A stretch of 63,432 nt of DNA, filler included. It is 7 parts of 7 records of this genome, joined end to end, with 100 filler letters (N's around TTAATTAATTAA, not from the genome) between each part and the next. Parts side by side here need not be neighbours in the genome. Positions count along the whole stretch, not along the records: positions 39,847 to 47,885 come from SRR20825010_5467; positions 47,986 to 51,543 come from SRR20825010_5478; positions 51,644 to 54,736 come from SRR20825010_5480; 4 more parts are not named here. One strand, given 5' to 3'. The translations under genes and the position numbers were made by a program. Under the pieces are notes generated by a model. It was not told the origin of the DNA. It ran no database searches and saw only the letters and a program-made list of their open reading frames with translations. This document shows, piece after piece, positions 43,463-53,008 of this stretch; positions within the stretch are counted from its first letter, which is position 1, and the number at the start of each line of letters is the position of its first letter.

Positions 43463-43819
43463 TTAAAGAAAATTTCTGTCCTCTTGTTCTTCCAGCCATT
43501 TTTGTTGTCTCGGTTCAATAATCTGATTTTTAACTTTTTTGCAGAGATTGTCATGTAACCGATTTCGAATAGTTCGATCTATTACGCAATAACCTTCAAT
43601 TTCAAAATTATCAATGATAAATTCCGGCTCTTTGCCTAACTGGGTTTCAAAAGTAACGACGTCGAAATCCATACAGTTCGATTCAAGCAATGTATCCAAA
43701 GAATTGTGGTACAACATCAATGCCTCATCACTTCCATATAATATATATGTGGTGACCTCGACCAAGGAAATCTGCTCTAACTCTTTCAAAAACTTCAGAG
43801 TTTTTGATGACAAGCTCAT
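43463..43819 (-). CDS. Hypothetical protein
   Basis: 118-aa ATG ORF in AT-rich DNA. Confidence 0.65.
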   Translation of the reverse strand: MSLSSKTLKFLKELEQISLVEVTTYILYGSDEALMLYHNSLDTLLESNCMDFDVVTFETQLGKEPEFIIDNFEIEGYCVIDRTIRNRLHDNLCKKVKNQIIEPRQQKWLEEQEDRNFL

Positions 43820-44035
43820 TAATCTGGTAAGATTTTACGATTTTATATTAAAAAATGTAGCTGTTTATTGTCAAAAGGGGGAGAGGTTTAACAATCTAAA
43901 AGCTATAATGTTTGACGTATGCCCAAAATTACGATTAAAAAAGTAAAATCCTGTAAGGATTGGGGTCAATCATGCTAAAAACCAGATAAATACCGTGAAA
44001 CCCTTTATGGTCCCAGACCAAAACCTTACCTTGGG

Positions 44036-44470
44036 GTGTATATGCAAGAAGAAGGAGGATTGTATTTAGATTTCGATAATGACCCGGAAGATATCATTTC
44101 TCGAACTGTTTCCATAATGGTCATATCCTTGGGTACTACATCGGATGAATTGCCAGATTATCTTTTAAGGGATCTTTTTGAAAAGACAAATCCAAGGGAT
44201 ACGAAGTTAGATCAGGTCTTCATGTGTGAGCTTTTTGATGCGTTATATACCACCTACCGATTTTTAAAAGGATTGCCGGAAAAGAATTTGGATGAAACAG
44301 AATTCAACAAAATTTTCTTCTCTTGGCACATTTTGTTATGGATTGAAACATTGCGTCGTGCAAAGGTTGTTGAGGTTATTCCTTTCCCGATTTTTGATTT
44401 TGACAACCTTCCAGATTTACAGATGGATTTAAAGCTGGATAAATCTATACTGTTGACCTTATTGAATTAA
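44036..44470 (+). CDS. Acidic hypothetical protein; start may be 44042
   Basis: 144-aa ORF with roughly twice as many D/E as K/R by hand count. Confidence 0.65.
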   Translation: MYMQEEGGLYLDFDNDPEDIISRTVSIMVISLGTTSDELPDYLLRDLFEKTNPRDTKLDQVFMCELFDALYTTYRFLKGLPEKNLDETEFNKIFFSWHILLWIETLRRAKVVEVIPFPIFDFDNLPDLQMDLKLDKSILLTLLN

Positions 44471-44713
44471 TCTAAAAAGGTCGAGTAAGTGTTTAATATG
44501 AATCTTTTATTTCAATTATCTTTTGGAATAGATTTATTTGAATGACAAGTGTATACCTCCAAACGAATTTGAGAGGGTTATCAAGTATAAAATTGGTTCA
44601 TAGTTTGAATTTTAAAACGGTGTTCCTTCTTCTTCCCTTCCCACAGAAATACACCTTTTCGATTTCGCCCAATCCTTGATTTTCAATTAAGAAAAATACG
44701 TTGGATAGATTTA

Positions 44714-44865
44714 CCGTACATATAACCGTGTACGGCAAAACCCTTGCAAGTAATCCATAGGCCATAGGTTTGTGATATAGTTAATCGGAGGTCACGAAGC
44801 AAGCTATGTTTTTGATAACAAAAACTGCTCACTGTGTTCGCAAGCTTGTTGGGGATCCTCCCCAA
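44714..44865. promoter_or_regulatory. Candidate oriT and mob promoter region
   Basis: Three 7-bp inverted repeats: CCGTACA/TGTACGG (44714-44735), GTTTTTG/CAAAAAC (44808-44825) and TTGGGGA/TCCCCAA (44849-44865), directly upstream of mobC. Confidence 0.6.
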
Positions 44866-44876
44866 ACCCCTAAGAT

Positions 44877-45218
44877 ATGGCAAGACCAAAAAAGGACATA
44901 AAATCTATCAGGCCCATACAGGTAAATGTCAGGATGTCGGTGGACGAATATCTGATATTGTCAAACAATGCAGGCACCTTAGGGATCGGAATCCCAGATT
45001 ATGTACGAAGGAGGGCCACGGGAAAGTCGCTGCCAAGGGTTAAGGTATTGCCGGAGAACAGAAAGCTTTTTGTTGAACTGAGCCGAATCGGGAACAACAT
45101 CAACCAACTTGTCAAGAAAACCCATTTGGGAATGTACGATCCCCAAGGATTCCAGAAGGAGTTGATGGAACTGAAAGGTGTACTGGATGCCATAAAATCA
45201 AACATTCTGGGCAGATGA
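44877..45218 (+). CDS. mobC: Relaxosome accessory protein (ribbon-helix-helix)
   Basis: VNVRMSVDEY RHH start and ELSRIGNNINQL motif; ATGA overlap with the relaxase. Confidence 0.9.
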   Translation: MARPKKDIKSIRPIQVNVRMSVDEYLILSNNAGTLGIGIPDYVRRRATGKSLPRVKVLPENRKLFVELSRIGNNINQLVKKTHLGMYDPQGFQKELMELKGVLDAIKSNILGR

Positions 45219-46249
45219 TAGCAAAAATCATAAAGGGAAAGGATTTCTATGGTGTATTGGCCTATAATGAAAAGAAGGTGGAGCAGGGGCAGGGAAGTGT
45301 GATCGATGCCAATATTTCCCATGGAAATACGATTGACAAGACAAAGGAGTTCAACCTTATCAGACAATTACGTCCAAGATTGGCCAAAGCGGTCTGTCAT
45401 GTCTCCCTGAACCTTCCCCATACCGATAATTTGAAAGACCGTGAGTTTGCCTCACTTGGATTCGATTATCTAAAGGGAATGGGATTCGATGACAACCAGT
45501 ATATCATCTACCGACATACCGATCAGGAACACCACCATATCCATATTGTGGCCAATAGGGTAAAATTGTCAGGGGAAGTGGTGGATGACAGTAGGGACCT
45601 TTACCGTAGCAAACAACTTGTAAGGGAACTGGAAAGGAAATACAATCTGACACAACTACTGGATAGGGAACTCAAAAGCAAAGCTTCCTTGACCCAAAAA
45701 GAGGTGGAAAAGGCGATAAGGACATCGAAACCACCCATAAAACTGATACTCCAACAACATCTTGAGAATGTATTGAGTGAATCCAAGGATGTGGCCATAT
45801 TCATTGATGGATTGAAACAAAGGAACATCTTTCCAAAGTTCAATATCAGCAAGACCACAGGTAGGGTGACCGGGATTTCATTCCGATATGGGAACGTAAT
45901 ATACAAGGGAAGCACCTTGGGAAGAAAATACTCATGGAACAACATTATAAAACGAATTGATTATGGGCAAGACAGAGATCGTTCAATTATTCTCGAAAAT
46001 AATATTGCAGAACGAAGAGCTGAAAGAACTTATGGAGAAATCACTGGAAGGGCAACGGATAATCCAGGAAAAGCAACAAATGCTTCGGGAGGGCCAGTCC
46101 AAACTTTTGGGCAACCAAAAGATTATCTGGGAAAGGTTCAAACCGTAGTACCTGACCATATAGAGGAGATTCCTTGGACCCCGTTCAAATTGGAACTTGA
46201 GGACAGGAAAAAAAGAGCGAAAAGAAAAGGTAAAGGAAAAAGGTTGTAA
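45215..46249 (+). CDS. Relaxase/mobilization nuclease (MOBP-type)
   Basis: MIAKIIKGKDFYGVLAYN (catalytic Tyr), HVSLN, HTDQEHHHIHIVANR HUH motif. Confidence 0.93.
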   Translation: MIAKIIKGKDFYGVLAYNEKKVEQGQGSVIDANISHGNTIDKTKEFNLIRQLRPRLAKAVCHVSLNLPHTDNLKDREFASLGFDYLKGMGFDDNQYIIYRHTDQEHHHIHIVANRVKLSGEVVDDSRDLYRSKQLVRELERKYNLTQLLDRELKSKASLTQKEVEKAIRTSKPPIKLILQQHLENVLSESKDVAIFIDGLKQRNIFPKFNISKTTGRVTGISFRYGNVIYKGSTLGRKYSWNNIIKRIDYGQDRDRSIILENNIAERRAERTYGEITGRATDNPGKATNASGGPVQTFGQPKDYLGKVQTVVPDHIEEIPWTPFKLELEDRKKRAKRKGKGKRL

Positions 46250-46255
46250 TATATC

Positions 46256-46459
46256 ATGGAAGGTAGCTTGGTCAGTGATAAATTGCTAAATGCCCTGCTG
46301 GATAGCTTGTCCGTTGAGGATTTGGAGGCCATTCTATCCCAGAAAAAGGCAAAGGCATGTCCTGACCATAAACCAAAACCAATGACCGAGAGGGAGAAAT
46401 TAAAAAAATATTATAGGGACCTCTTCATTTCCACCGGAAAGCTCCACCTGAACAAATAG
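46256..46459 (+). CDS. Small hypothetical protein in the mob operon
   Basis: ATG 6 nt after the relaxase stop. Confidence 0.6.
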   Translation: MEGSLVSDKLLNALLDSLSVEDLEAILSQKKAKACPDHKPKPMTEREKLKKYYRDLFISTGKLHLNK

Positions 46460-46533
46460 CATATGGGCATAATGATCACATGGCCAACTTGTACAGAACC
46501 ATTCCAATTTGTTGGTTCAGATCCGGGAGAATC

Positions 46534-47814
46534 TTAGTTCAAGGTCAATAAACCGCTATAATCCTCAGGGAGCTCCGCATCAACATCCCTCAAATAAGAC
46601 TTTAGCGCATCCAAGGTAGAATGGCCCGTAATGAGCATCAGTTTGTCACAGGTTTCTGTATATGTGAATTCCTTTCTGAATTTCCTGAACAGGAGCGTGA
46701 TAAAGGTATGTCTAAAGGAATAGATGGTATATTCACTCCCCAATTGAAGTGTTTTACCTTGTGACAGGAGATGTTCATTGTATTTCTTTTTCAGTCTCCA
46801 AAAACGTTTTGTAAAGTAATCCCTGCGACTGGATTCCGTTGCATCCCATTCCCCGATCCCATTGGGCGTGAACAGATAATGTTCCTGTTCCGAAAAGTCC
46901 AGGCCCTCAATTTCGTTTAGGACAATATCCGGTATGATCTTGACCTTTTCAGGTTTGTTCTTTGCCTGGAAACGTAACAGTTTTTGTGTGACAAAGACAT
47001 CCTTGACCTTTAACCTGCATACTTCTATAGGCCGTAGAAAATTATAGGAAACGAACTTGACGAAGAGCAATAGCAAAGGGTCGGTTTTCTCCATATAGGC
47101 AAATAGGCCTTCCAAGACTTCCAGAGAATACGTCTTATGGCTCACCGACTTGGTATCCAGTACCTTGATTTTCTCGATAAAATTTCTAGGAATGATCTCA
47201 TTGTCCTCCAGTTCGCCAAAAATTGCACTCAATACGATACGGGTATTGTTACGGTTCCTGGCACTGCTGGTCTTGGCTATTCCATGGAGATATTCATTGA
47301 CCACCTGCTTTGTTATTCCCAATATACTCTTATCGAGCAGGTTCCTTTTGTCCAAATAAATTTTGAACCTATTATACCGACTGCTATAATCCTTTATGGA
47401 AGTTTCGGAAAGCTTGCTGATCTTTATGGCATAGGCATAGTCCAACGCTGCTTCGGTTGTATATTGTAGTGAATCGGCCCCGAGTTTAAGCTTGTCCTTA
47501 TATGGTGAATAGCCCTCCTTGAGCATTTCCAGCAGGACTTCCCTAACCACTTCCAATTGCATCAATCTTTCCGCCTTAGTCCGGTACTTTCTATTGATGT
47601 TCATCGTAATGGGGGTCTGACGGACCATCACGGGGTTACCGAGCTTATCTTTTAGATCCGGACTGGCAAAAGAATAGTAGACGTACCATCTCTTGGAGAG
47701 GTCAAAATCCTTCCCGCCGTGATAGATCTTTGGTTCCGTGTAATTTTTTCTCCCCAATCCGTTTTTGTATGCGTTAGCGTATGCGCTTTGCAATATATCA
47801 AAAAAAGAACCCAT
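46534..47814 (-). CDS. Tyrosine site-specific integrase; start uncertain
   Basis: FLRPIEV (Arg), YSFRHT, TGHS and LKSYL (Tyr); SAM-like core-binding domain; adjacent to a tRNA. Confidence 0.92.
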   Translation of the reverse strand: MGSFFDILQSAYANAYKNGLGRKNYTEPKIYHGGKDFDLSKRWYVYYSFASPDLKDKLGNPVMVRQTPITMNINRKYRTKAERLMQLEVVREVLLEMLKEGYSPYKDKLKLGADSLQYTTEAALDYAYAIKISKLSETSIKDYSSRYNRFKIYLDKRNLLDKSILGITKQVVNEYLHGIAKTSSARNRNNTRIVLSAIFGELEDNEIIPRNFIEKIKVLDTKSVSHKTYSLEVLEGLFAYMEKTDPLLLLFVKFVSYNFLRPIEVCRLKVKDVFVTQKLLRFQAKNKPEKVKIIPDIVLNEIEGLDFSEQEHYLFTPNGIGEWDATESSRRDYFTKRFWRLKKKYNEHLLSQGKTLQLGSEYTIYSFRHTFITLLFRKFRKEFTYTETCDKLMLITGHSTLDALKSYLRDVDAELPEDYSGLLTLN

Positions 47815-47856
47815 TGGCAACAGTTTTAAAACACTGTCAGTCAATGGGTTACTTTG

Positions 47857-47885
47857 TAGCGGGGACTGGACTCGAACCAGCGACC
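47857..47885 (-). tRNA. 3' fragment of a tRNA, most likely initiator tRNA-Met
   Basis: Minus strand GGTCGCTGGTTCGAGTCCAGTCCCCGCTA gives the T-arm plus an acceptor strand complementary to GCGGGG; anticodon lies outside the contig. Confidence 0.8.
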
Positions 47886-47985
47886 NNNNNNNNNNNNNNN
47901 NNNNNNNNNNNNNNNNNNNNNNNNNNNNNTTAATTAATTAANNNNNNNNNNNNNNNNNNNNNNNNNNNNNNNNNNNNNNNNNNNN
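47886..47985. other. Artificial contig spacer
   Basis: N44-TTAATTAATTAA-N44. Confidence 0.99.
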
Positions 47986-48463
47986 GACCGCGATCATGAT
48001 TGCCGGCCGCTCGGGAAGCGCGATCACCGCCGAAATCGGCGCGATGCGCATGCGCGAGGAAATCGACGCGTTGCGGGTGATGGGTTTCGACCCGATCTCC
48101 GTGCTGGTTTTTCCGCGCATGCTGGCGCTGCTCATTGCCTTGCCGCTGCTGACGATCCTGGCCAATTTCGCAGCGCTCGTCGGCGCTGCGGTCGTGGTGG
48201 ATCTCTATGCCGGCATCACGTATGAGACCTTTCTGCAGCGGCTGCAGGAGGCGATTGACCTTGCCGACCTGATTTCCGGACTGGCCAAGGCGCCGGTGAT
48301 GGCCCTGATCATTTCCATCGTTGCCGCACTCGAGGGCATGAAGGTCGGCGGCAGTGCCGAATCGCTCGGTCAGAAGGTCACGGCGTCGGTGGTGAAGTCG
48401 ATCTTCGTCGTGATTCTCGCCGACGGCATTTTTGCGATCTTCTACGCTGCCATCGATTATTGA
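47986..48463 (+). CDS. mlaE: MlaE-family ABC permease (5'-partial)
   Basis: [32 protein letters not shown]. Confidence 0.92.
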
Positions 48464-48472
48464 GGAGCTGAG

Positions 48473-49276
48473 GTGGATATCGAAGAGCAACCGCAGAACG
48501 ACAGGGACAGGGTGCTCAGTGTGCGCGGCCTCACCGTGGGTTTCGGCGGGCCGACCGTGCTCGAAAACCTCGATCTCGATGTCTATCGCGGCGAAATTCT
48601 TGGTTTCGTCGGCGGGTCGGGCACGGGCAAGTCGGTACTGATGCGCACCGTTTTACGGCTGAACAAGCGACAGGCCGGCACGATCAGCATTCTCGGTAAG
48701 GATTTCGATCATCTGAGTTACGAGGAACGGTTGGCGGTCGATATGCGTATCGGGGTGCTGTTCCAGCACGGCGCGCTGTTTTCGGGCCTGACCGTGCTTG
48801 AAAACGTGCAGGTGCCGATGCGCGAATATCTCGACCTGCCGAAAAAGCTGATGGACGATCTCGCCCGGCTGAAGATCGAGATGGTGGGGTTGAGGCCTGA
48901 GGCGGCCGAGCGCTATCCATCCGAGCTTTCAGGCGGGATGATCAAGCGCGCCGCGCTCGCCCGCGCGCTCGCGCTCGATCCGGACCTGGTCTTTCTGGAC
49001 GAGCCGACATCGGGGCTCGACCCGATCGGAGCGGCGGAGTTCGATGAACTGATCGCCAGATTGCGTGACACTTTGGGCCTGACGGTCTATATGGTGACCC
49101 ATGACCTCGACAGCCTGCACGCCGTTTGCGACAGGATCGCGGTTCTGGGCAAGAAGAGAGTCCTGGTCGAGGGCACGCTGGACAAGCTCCTCTCCTTCGA
49201 CGACCCCTGGGTACAGAGTTATTTCAGGGGCAAACGATCCCGCGCCATTTTCGGCGCCGGCCAGAATAGCCAATAG
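48473..49276 (+). CDS. mlaF: MlaF-family ABC ATPase
   Basis: GGSGTGKS, LSGGM, DEPTSGLDP. Confidence 0.92.
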   Translation: MDIEEQPQNDRDRVLSVRGLTVGFGGPTVLENLDLDVYRGEILGFVGGSGTGKSVLMRTVLRLNKRQAGTISILGKDFDHLSYEERLAVDMRIGVLFQHGALFSGLTVLENVQVPMREYLDLPKKLMDDLARLKIEMVGLRPEAAERYPSELSGGMIKRAALARALALDPDLVFLDEPTSGLDPIGAAEFDELIARLRDTLGLTVYMVTHDLDSLHAVCDRIAVLGKKRVLVEGTLDKLLSFDDPWVQSYFRGKRSRAIFGAGQNSQ

Positions 49277-49291
49277 CGCGGACGGGCAAAT

Positions 49292-50662
49292 ATGGAAACC
49301 AAAGCAAATTATACCGTTGTCGGGTTTTTCGTCCTGCTGGTGCTGGCGGCTGGGGCAGGCTTCATCTTCTGGATGCAGGAATATGGCCGCCAGGGGCCGA
49401 CCGCCGACCTTATCGTGCGGATACCCGGTTCCGCGAACGGTCTCAGCGTCGGTTCGGCGGTGCGCTTCAACGGCATCCAGGTCGGCTCGATCAAGTCGCT
49501 GGAGATTGACCCGGGCGACGCCCGCTACACCATGGCGCGGACCCAGGTGAAGGCCGAAACGCCGGTGTACAAGACGACGACCGCGAAGCTGGAGCTTCAG
49601 GGACTGACCGGTACCGGCTATATCGAACTGTCGGCCAATGGTGAACAGGGCGACAATATCCTGCAGGAATCCCTGCGCACCGAAGTGCCGGCGGAACTGA
49701 CAGCCGACAAATCAGGCCTCTCCAACCTGCTGACCACCGCCGACCGGATCATGAAGCGTCTCGACGACACGGTCGGCCAGGTGCAGAAGCTGGTGGATGA
49801 CGTCAGCACGCCGCTGACCCAGACGGTCAAGAACGTCGACACCTTCACCGGCGCTCTTGCCGACAATTCCGACCAGATCGGGGAATTCCTCGAATCCATA
49901 GGCAGGATGTCCGATACCGTCGACGGGCTCGCCGGACGCCTCGACAAGACGGTGGCCTCGCTCGATGTTCTGATCAAGGCGGTCAACCCGGAGGAGGTCG
50001 GCAAGATCGTCACCAATGCCGAGACGATCACGTCCAACGTCGCCGTCGCCTCGAAGAACCTGGAAGAGGTGATCACTCAGTTCGGCGACGCAATCGAAAG
50101 CTATGCCACCTTCGGCAAAACGGCACAGGATGTGTTCAAGAAAGTCGACACGATCGTCACCGCGATCGACGCCGCAAAGGTTGGCTCCTCGGTCGATGAT
50201 CTTTCGGTTGTGATGGCGGATGCGAAGGTCGCCGTTGCCTCCGTCAAGGACGTGGCCGATTCGATCAATGCCAAGACCCAGAGCATCGACACCGCGATCG
50301 AGAACGTCTCCAACATGTCGATCAAACTCAATCAGGCGTCCACGCGCGTGAACGAAATCCTGGTGAAGGTCGACAATCTGCTCGGCTCCGACAATGTCGA
50401 TTCGCTTTCCGATCAGGCCCGCGCAACGCTCGCCTCGGTGAAGCAGGCGGCCGAGACGCTGAATGCCCGGATCGGGCCGATTACGGCGAATATCGAAAAC
50501 TTCTCGGGCTCCGGCCTCAGGGATGTGCGCGCGCTGGTCACCGATACCCGCCGCACGGTGGAAAGCCTCAATCGCACGATCGAATCGATCAGCAACGATC
50601 CGCAGCAGTTCATCTTCGGTTCGGACAGCGTGAAGACCTTTGACGGGCGCAAGCGCTATTAA
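49292..50662 (+). CDS. mlaD: MCE/MlaD protein with a long helical extension
   Basis: METKANY TM start, GLSVGSAVRFNGIQVG MCE motif, coiled-coil tail ending DPQQFIFG. Confidence 0.9.
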   Translation: METKANYTVVGFFVLLVLAAGAGFIFWMQEYGRQGPTADLIVRIPGSANGLSVGSAVRFNGIQVGSIKSLEIDPGDARYTMARTQVKAETPVYKTTTAKLELQGLTGTGYIELSANGEQGDNILQESLRTEVPAELTADKSGLSNLLTTADRIMKRLDDTVGQVQKLVDDVSTPLTQTVKNVDTFTGALADNSDQIGEFLESIGRMSDTVDGLAGRLDKTVASLDVLIKAVNPEEVGKIVTNAETITSNVAVASKNLEEVITQFGDAIESYATFGKTAQDVFKKVDTIVTAIDAAKVGSSVDDLSVVMADAKVAVASVKDVADSINAKTQSIDTAIENVSNMSIKLNQASTRVNEILVKVDNLLGSDNVDSLSDQARATLASVKQAAETLNARIGPITANIENFSGSGLRDVRALVTDTRRTVESLNRTIESISNDPQQFIFGSDSVKTFDGRKRY

Positions 50663-50822
50663 AGTGCCCTTGCTCGCCCGGATATATCGGGAAGTCTGGC
50701 CCTGTTTGCGTGGTGATCGGGCCGTCCGGGAGAAGAAACAAAAGCGTCAGGCCTTTGCAATCGTTATCTTATGCCTTAGTTCTGATGGATAACAATACGG
50801 TGTGGCCGGGGAAGTTTGATAG

Positions 50823-51437
50823 ATGTTTTTTGCCGCGATAGATAAAACCAGAGTGGGGCCGTTTCTCGCGCTCGGCCTGCTGGCGGCAGGAGTGAGCGGC
50901 TGCGCGTTGCGCCCGGCCCCGGACACGTTCGATCTGTCCGCCCAGCCGGTCGTTGCCTTCAATACCCCGAAAGCGCTGCGCTCGCAGCTTCTGGTGCCGA
51001 CGCCATCGGCAATCCAGGTGCTCAACAATCGCGGCATTGTCGTGCGTCTCGGTGGCGCGGAACTGCGCTACCTTGCCGGCGCCCAGTGGAGCGATCAGCT
51101 TCCCGTGGTGATCCAGGCGCAGCTTGTGGCGGGGCTGGAGAATACAGGGCTGTTCGCCGGCGTCGGCATGCCGGGGCAGGGGCTTGCGATCGATTATCAG
51201 GTCGTGGTCGAGGTGCGCGAATTCGCGATCGACGCGGCGAGTCCCGGTTCCGCCAACGTCGAGCTTTCGGTCAAGCTGCTCGATGACAGGACCGGCATCG
51301 TGAGGGCGCAGAAGCTGTTTGCGGCAAGCGTCGCCGTCAGCGCCAGCGCCTCAAGCGCCGTTCTTGTGGCCGCACTCGATGAGGCTTTCTCCAAGGTCCA
51401 GACCGAAATCGTGAGCTGGATAGCGTCCACGCTTTAG
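50823..51437 (+). CDS. ABC-type transport auxiliary lipoprotein (PqiC-like)
   Basis: Lipobox VSG-C, AQWSDQLP; follows the MCE gene. Confidence 0.85.
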   Translation: MFFAAIDKTRVGPFLALGLLAAGVSGCALRPAPDTFDLSAQPVVAFNTPKALRSQLLVPTPSAIQVLNNRGIVVRLGGAELRYLAGAQWSDQLPVVIQAQLVAGLENTGLFAGVGMPGQGLAIDYQVVVEVREFAIDAASPGSANVELSVKLLDDRTGIVRAQKLFAASVAVSASASSAVLVAALDEAFSKVQTEIVSWIASTL

Positions 51438-51517
51438 GAGCGACGCTTGTTTGGCCGCGAGGCGGTCGCGGCAAAGCGCATTACTGTCGGTTTCATGCAT
51501 AGGCTTGGCAGCCAACA

Positions 51518-51543
51518 ATCTCTCCCCTTGAGGGAGAGATGCC
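51518..51543. repeat. REP/RIME-like palindrome at the contig end
   Basis: ATCTCTCCC-cttga-GGGAGAGAT then GCC; the contig breaks here. Confidence 0.6.
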
Positions 51544-51643
51544 NNNNNNNNNNNNNNNNNNNNNNNNNNNNNNNNNNNNNNNNNNNNTTAATTAATTAAN
51601 NNNNNNNNNNNNNNNNNNNNNNNNNNNNNNNNNNNNNNNNNNN
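51544..51643. other. Artificial contig spacer
   Basis: N44-TTAATTAATTAA-N44. Confidence 0.99.
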
Positions 51644-51644
51644 G

Positions 51645-51863
51645 CTTGAAACCTTTGAAAAGGAAATCCAGTCGGTCCCGGAAGTCGTGGAATGTTACCT
51701 TCTTGCGGGGCAGAGCGACTATCTGGTGCATGTGGTTTACAGCAATACTGCCGACTATGAACGCATCCACAGCGAAGTCCTGACCCAGCTTCCGGGGGTG
51801 GAACGGGTCCAGACCATCATCACCCTGCGCGAAGTCAAACGCACGACCGAATTGCCGGTCTGA
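51645..51863 (+). CDS. Lrp/AsnC regulator C-terminal ligand domain (5'-partial; absent from the ORF track)
   Basis: Manual translation: LETFEKEIQSVPEVVECYLLAGQSDYLVHV...LPGVERVQTIITLREVKRTTELPV*. Confidence 0.9.
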   Translation, partial: LETFEKEIQSVPEVVECYLLAGQSDYLVHVVYSNTADYERIHSEVLTQLPGVERVQTIITLREVKRTTELPV

Positions 51864-51913
51864 TCCGCTCAAGCGAGGCGGGCAGTTTTATGGCCTGTCC
51901 GGTTCCAACGTGG

Positions 51914-52999
51914 TTAGTCGCAGACCGTTTGCAAGGCTTTCCAGTCCTGCGGATTGATATCAAGCGTACCTGTGATGTCGCTTTGTTCAAACAGGTCGAT
52001 CCGACCTGTCATTTCCGGGTGCGAGCTTAGGATTTCCGGCAGGAAACTGGCAATTTCGGCATATCTGCTTTCGGTGGAGATTGTGCGAAACAGCTTTGCC
52101 GTGCTTTGGGTTTCGATGCTGGCGTCACCCATCAGTTCAAGAGCAAAGTGATCGGCATCGGTTTCCATGTCCCGGGAATAGCTTTGTTCCATGACAAAGC
52201 CGACCGGAAGGTCGGCTCCGCCGGTCATCAATCGGACAAGCTGCCCAAGCGCGATACCTGAAAACAGTTTTTTAAGGCCATGCTGCATTTCCGTATGGCC
52301 GATTTCATGGGCCAGAACGCCAGCCAGAGCTTCGGGATTTTCCGCCTTTTTTATCAGTTCGGAAAATACAATGATCTGCCCGCCGGGCAGGGCAAGGGCG
52401 TTTTCGATATCGCTGCGCAGTACGGTGGTTTGGTAGTCATATGTCAGTGCGCCGGTTTGTTCAAAGCGGCCCAGAATGGTGGTGATGACCTTTTGTGCGG
52501 GATCGTTGATCGCACACGCACTTGTCCCGTCGCGGTCTTCGCCCATGATCGCCACGATCTGTTCGCGTGCGTTGCGTCCCATATCCGTTTCCATGGAACG
52601 TGGATACACCGCGATGACCAGATCGATCATCAACGGCATGCCCTGCCAGATCAGCAGGGCAATTGCCGCGGAGAAACCGATGATACCAGACGCAAGCCGG
52701 ACTTTTGCCCGTGTGGCCCCTTCGTCCACGGCAAGTCCGGGCAGGTTTTCGACAATGAAGGCCTTGGAGTGCGGATCGTCAAAAATCAGGCGAAATCCAT
52801 CATCCTTGCGCTTTCGCAAACGAAGCGGTTTTCCCTTTTCGATCTTTTCACACAGATAAACACTGTCTTTTGACAGCACCTGTTCCCCGCCGTCTGGCAG
52901 ATACAGGGTAATGTAACGGTCGGATATGCCGACCGTTACATTCGTTGCCAACGATGTTTTACCGTCAAAAAGACGGGCATTGGGCAAGCTGTTCATCAA
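51914..52999 (-). CDS. M48 family metallopeptidase
   Basis: NALALPGG, LAHEIGH, YSRDMETDAD, LSSHP; one TM helix. Confidence 0.92.
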   Translation of the reverse strand: MMNSLPNARLFDGKTSLATNVTVGISDRYITLYLPDGGEQVLSKDSVYLCEKIEKGKPLRLRKRKDDGFRLIFDDPHSKAFIVENLPGLAVDEGATRAKVRLASGIIGFSAAIALLIWQGMPLMIDLVIAVYPRSMETDMGRNAREQIVAIMGEDRDGTSACAINDPAQKVITTILGRFEQTGALTYDYQTTVLRSDIENALALPGGQIIVFSELIKKAENPEALAGVLAHEIGHTEMQHGLKKLFSGIALGQLVRLMTGGADLPVGFVMEQSYSRDMETDADHFALELMGDASIETQSTAKLFRTISTESRYAEIASFLPEILSSHPEMTGRIDLFEQSDITGTLDINPQDWKALQTVCD

Positions 53000-53008
53000 A
53001 ATGCCTTG

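Larger units (their letters stand above)
40549..47856. mobile_element. Integrative mobilizable element at tRNA-Met; left boundary not defined
   Basis: Tyrosine integrase abutting the tRNA 3' end, MobC plus relaxase, hairpin-rich oriT candidate, mosaic cargo; no T4SS genes on the contig. Confidence 0.8.

Noticed and set aside
39847..46533. att direct repeat of the tRNA 3' end (GTAGCGGGGA) on the left of the element
   Set aside because: Only a short chance match (TTGTAGC inside the HEPN-like ORF) was seen; the boundary is left undefined
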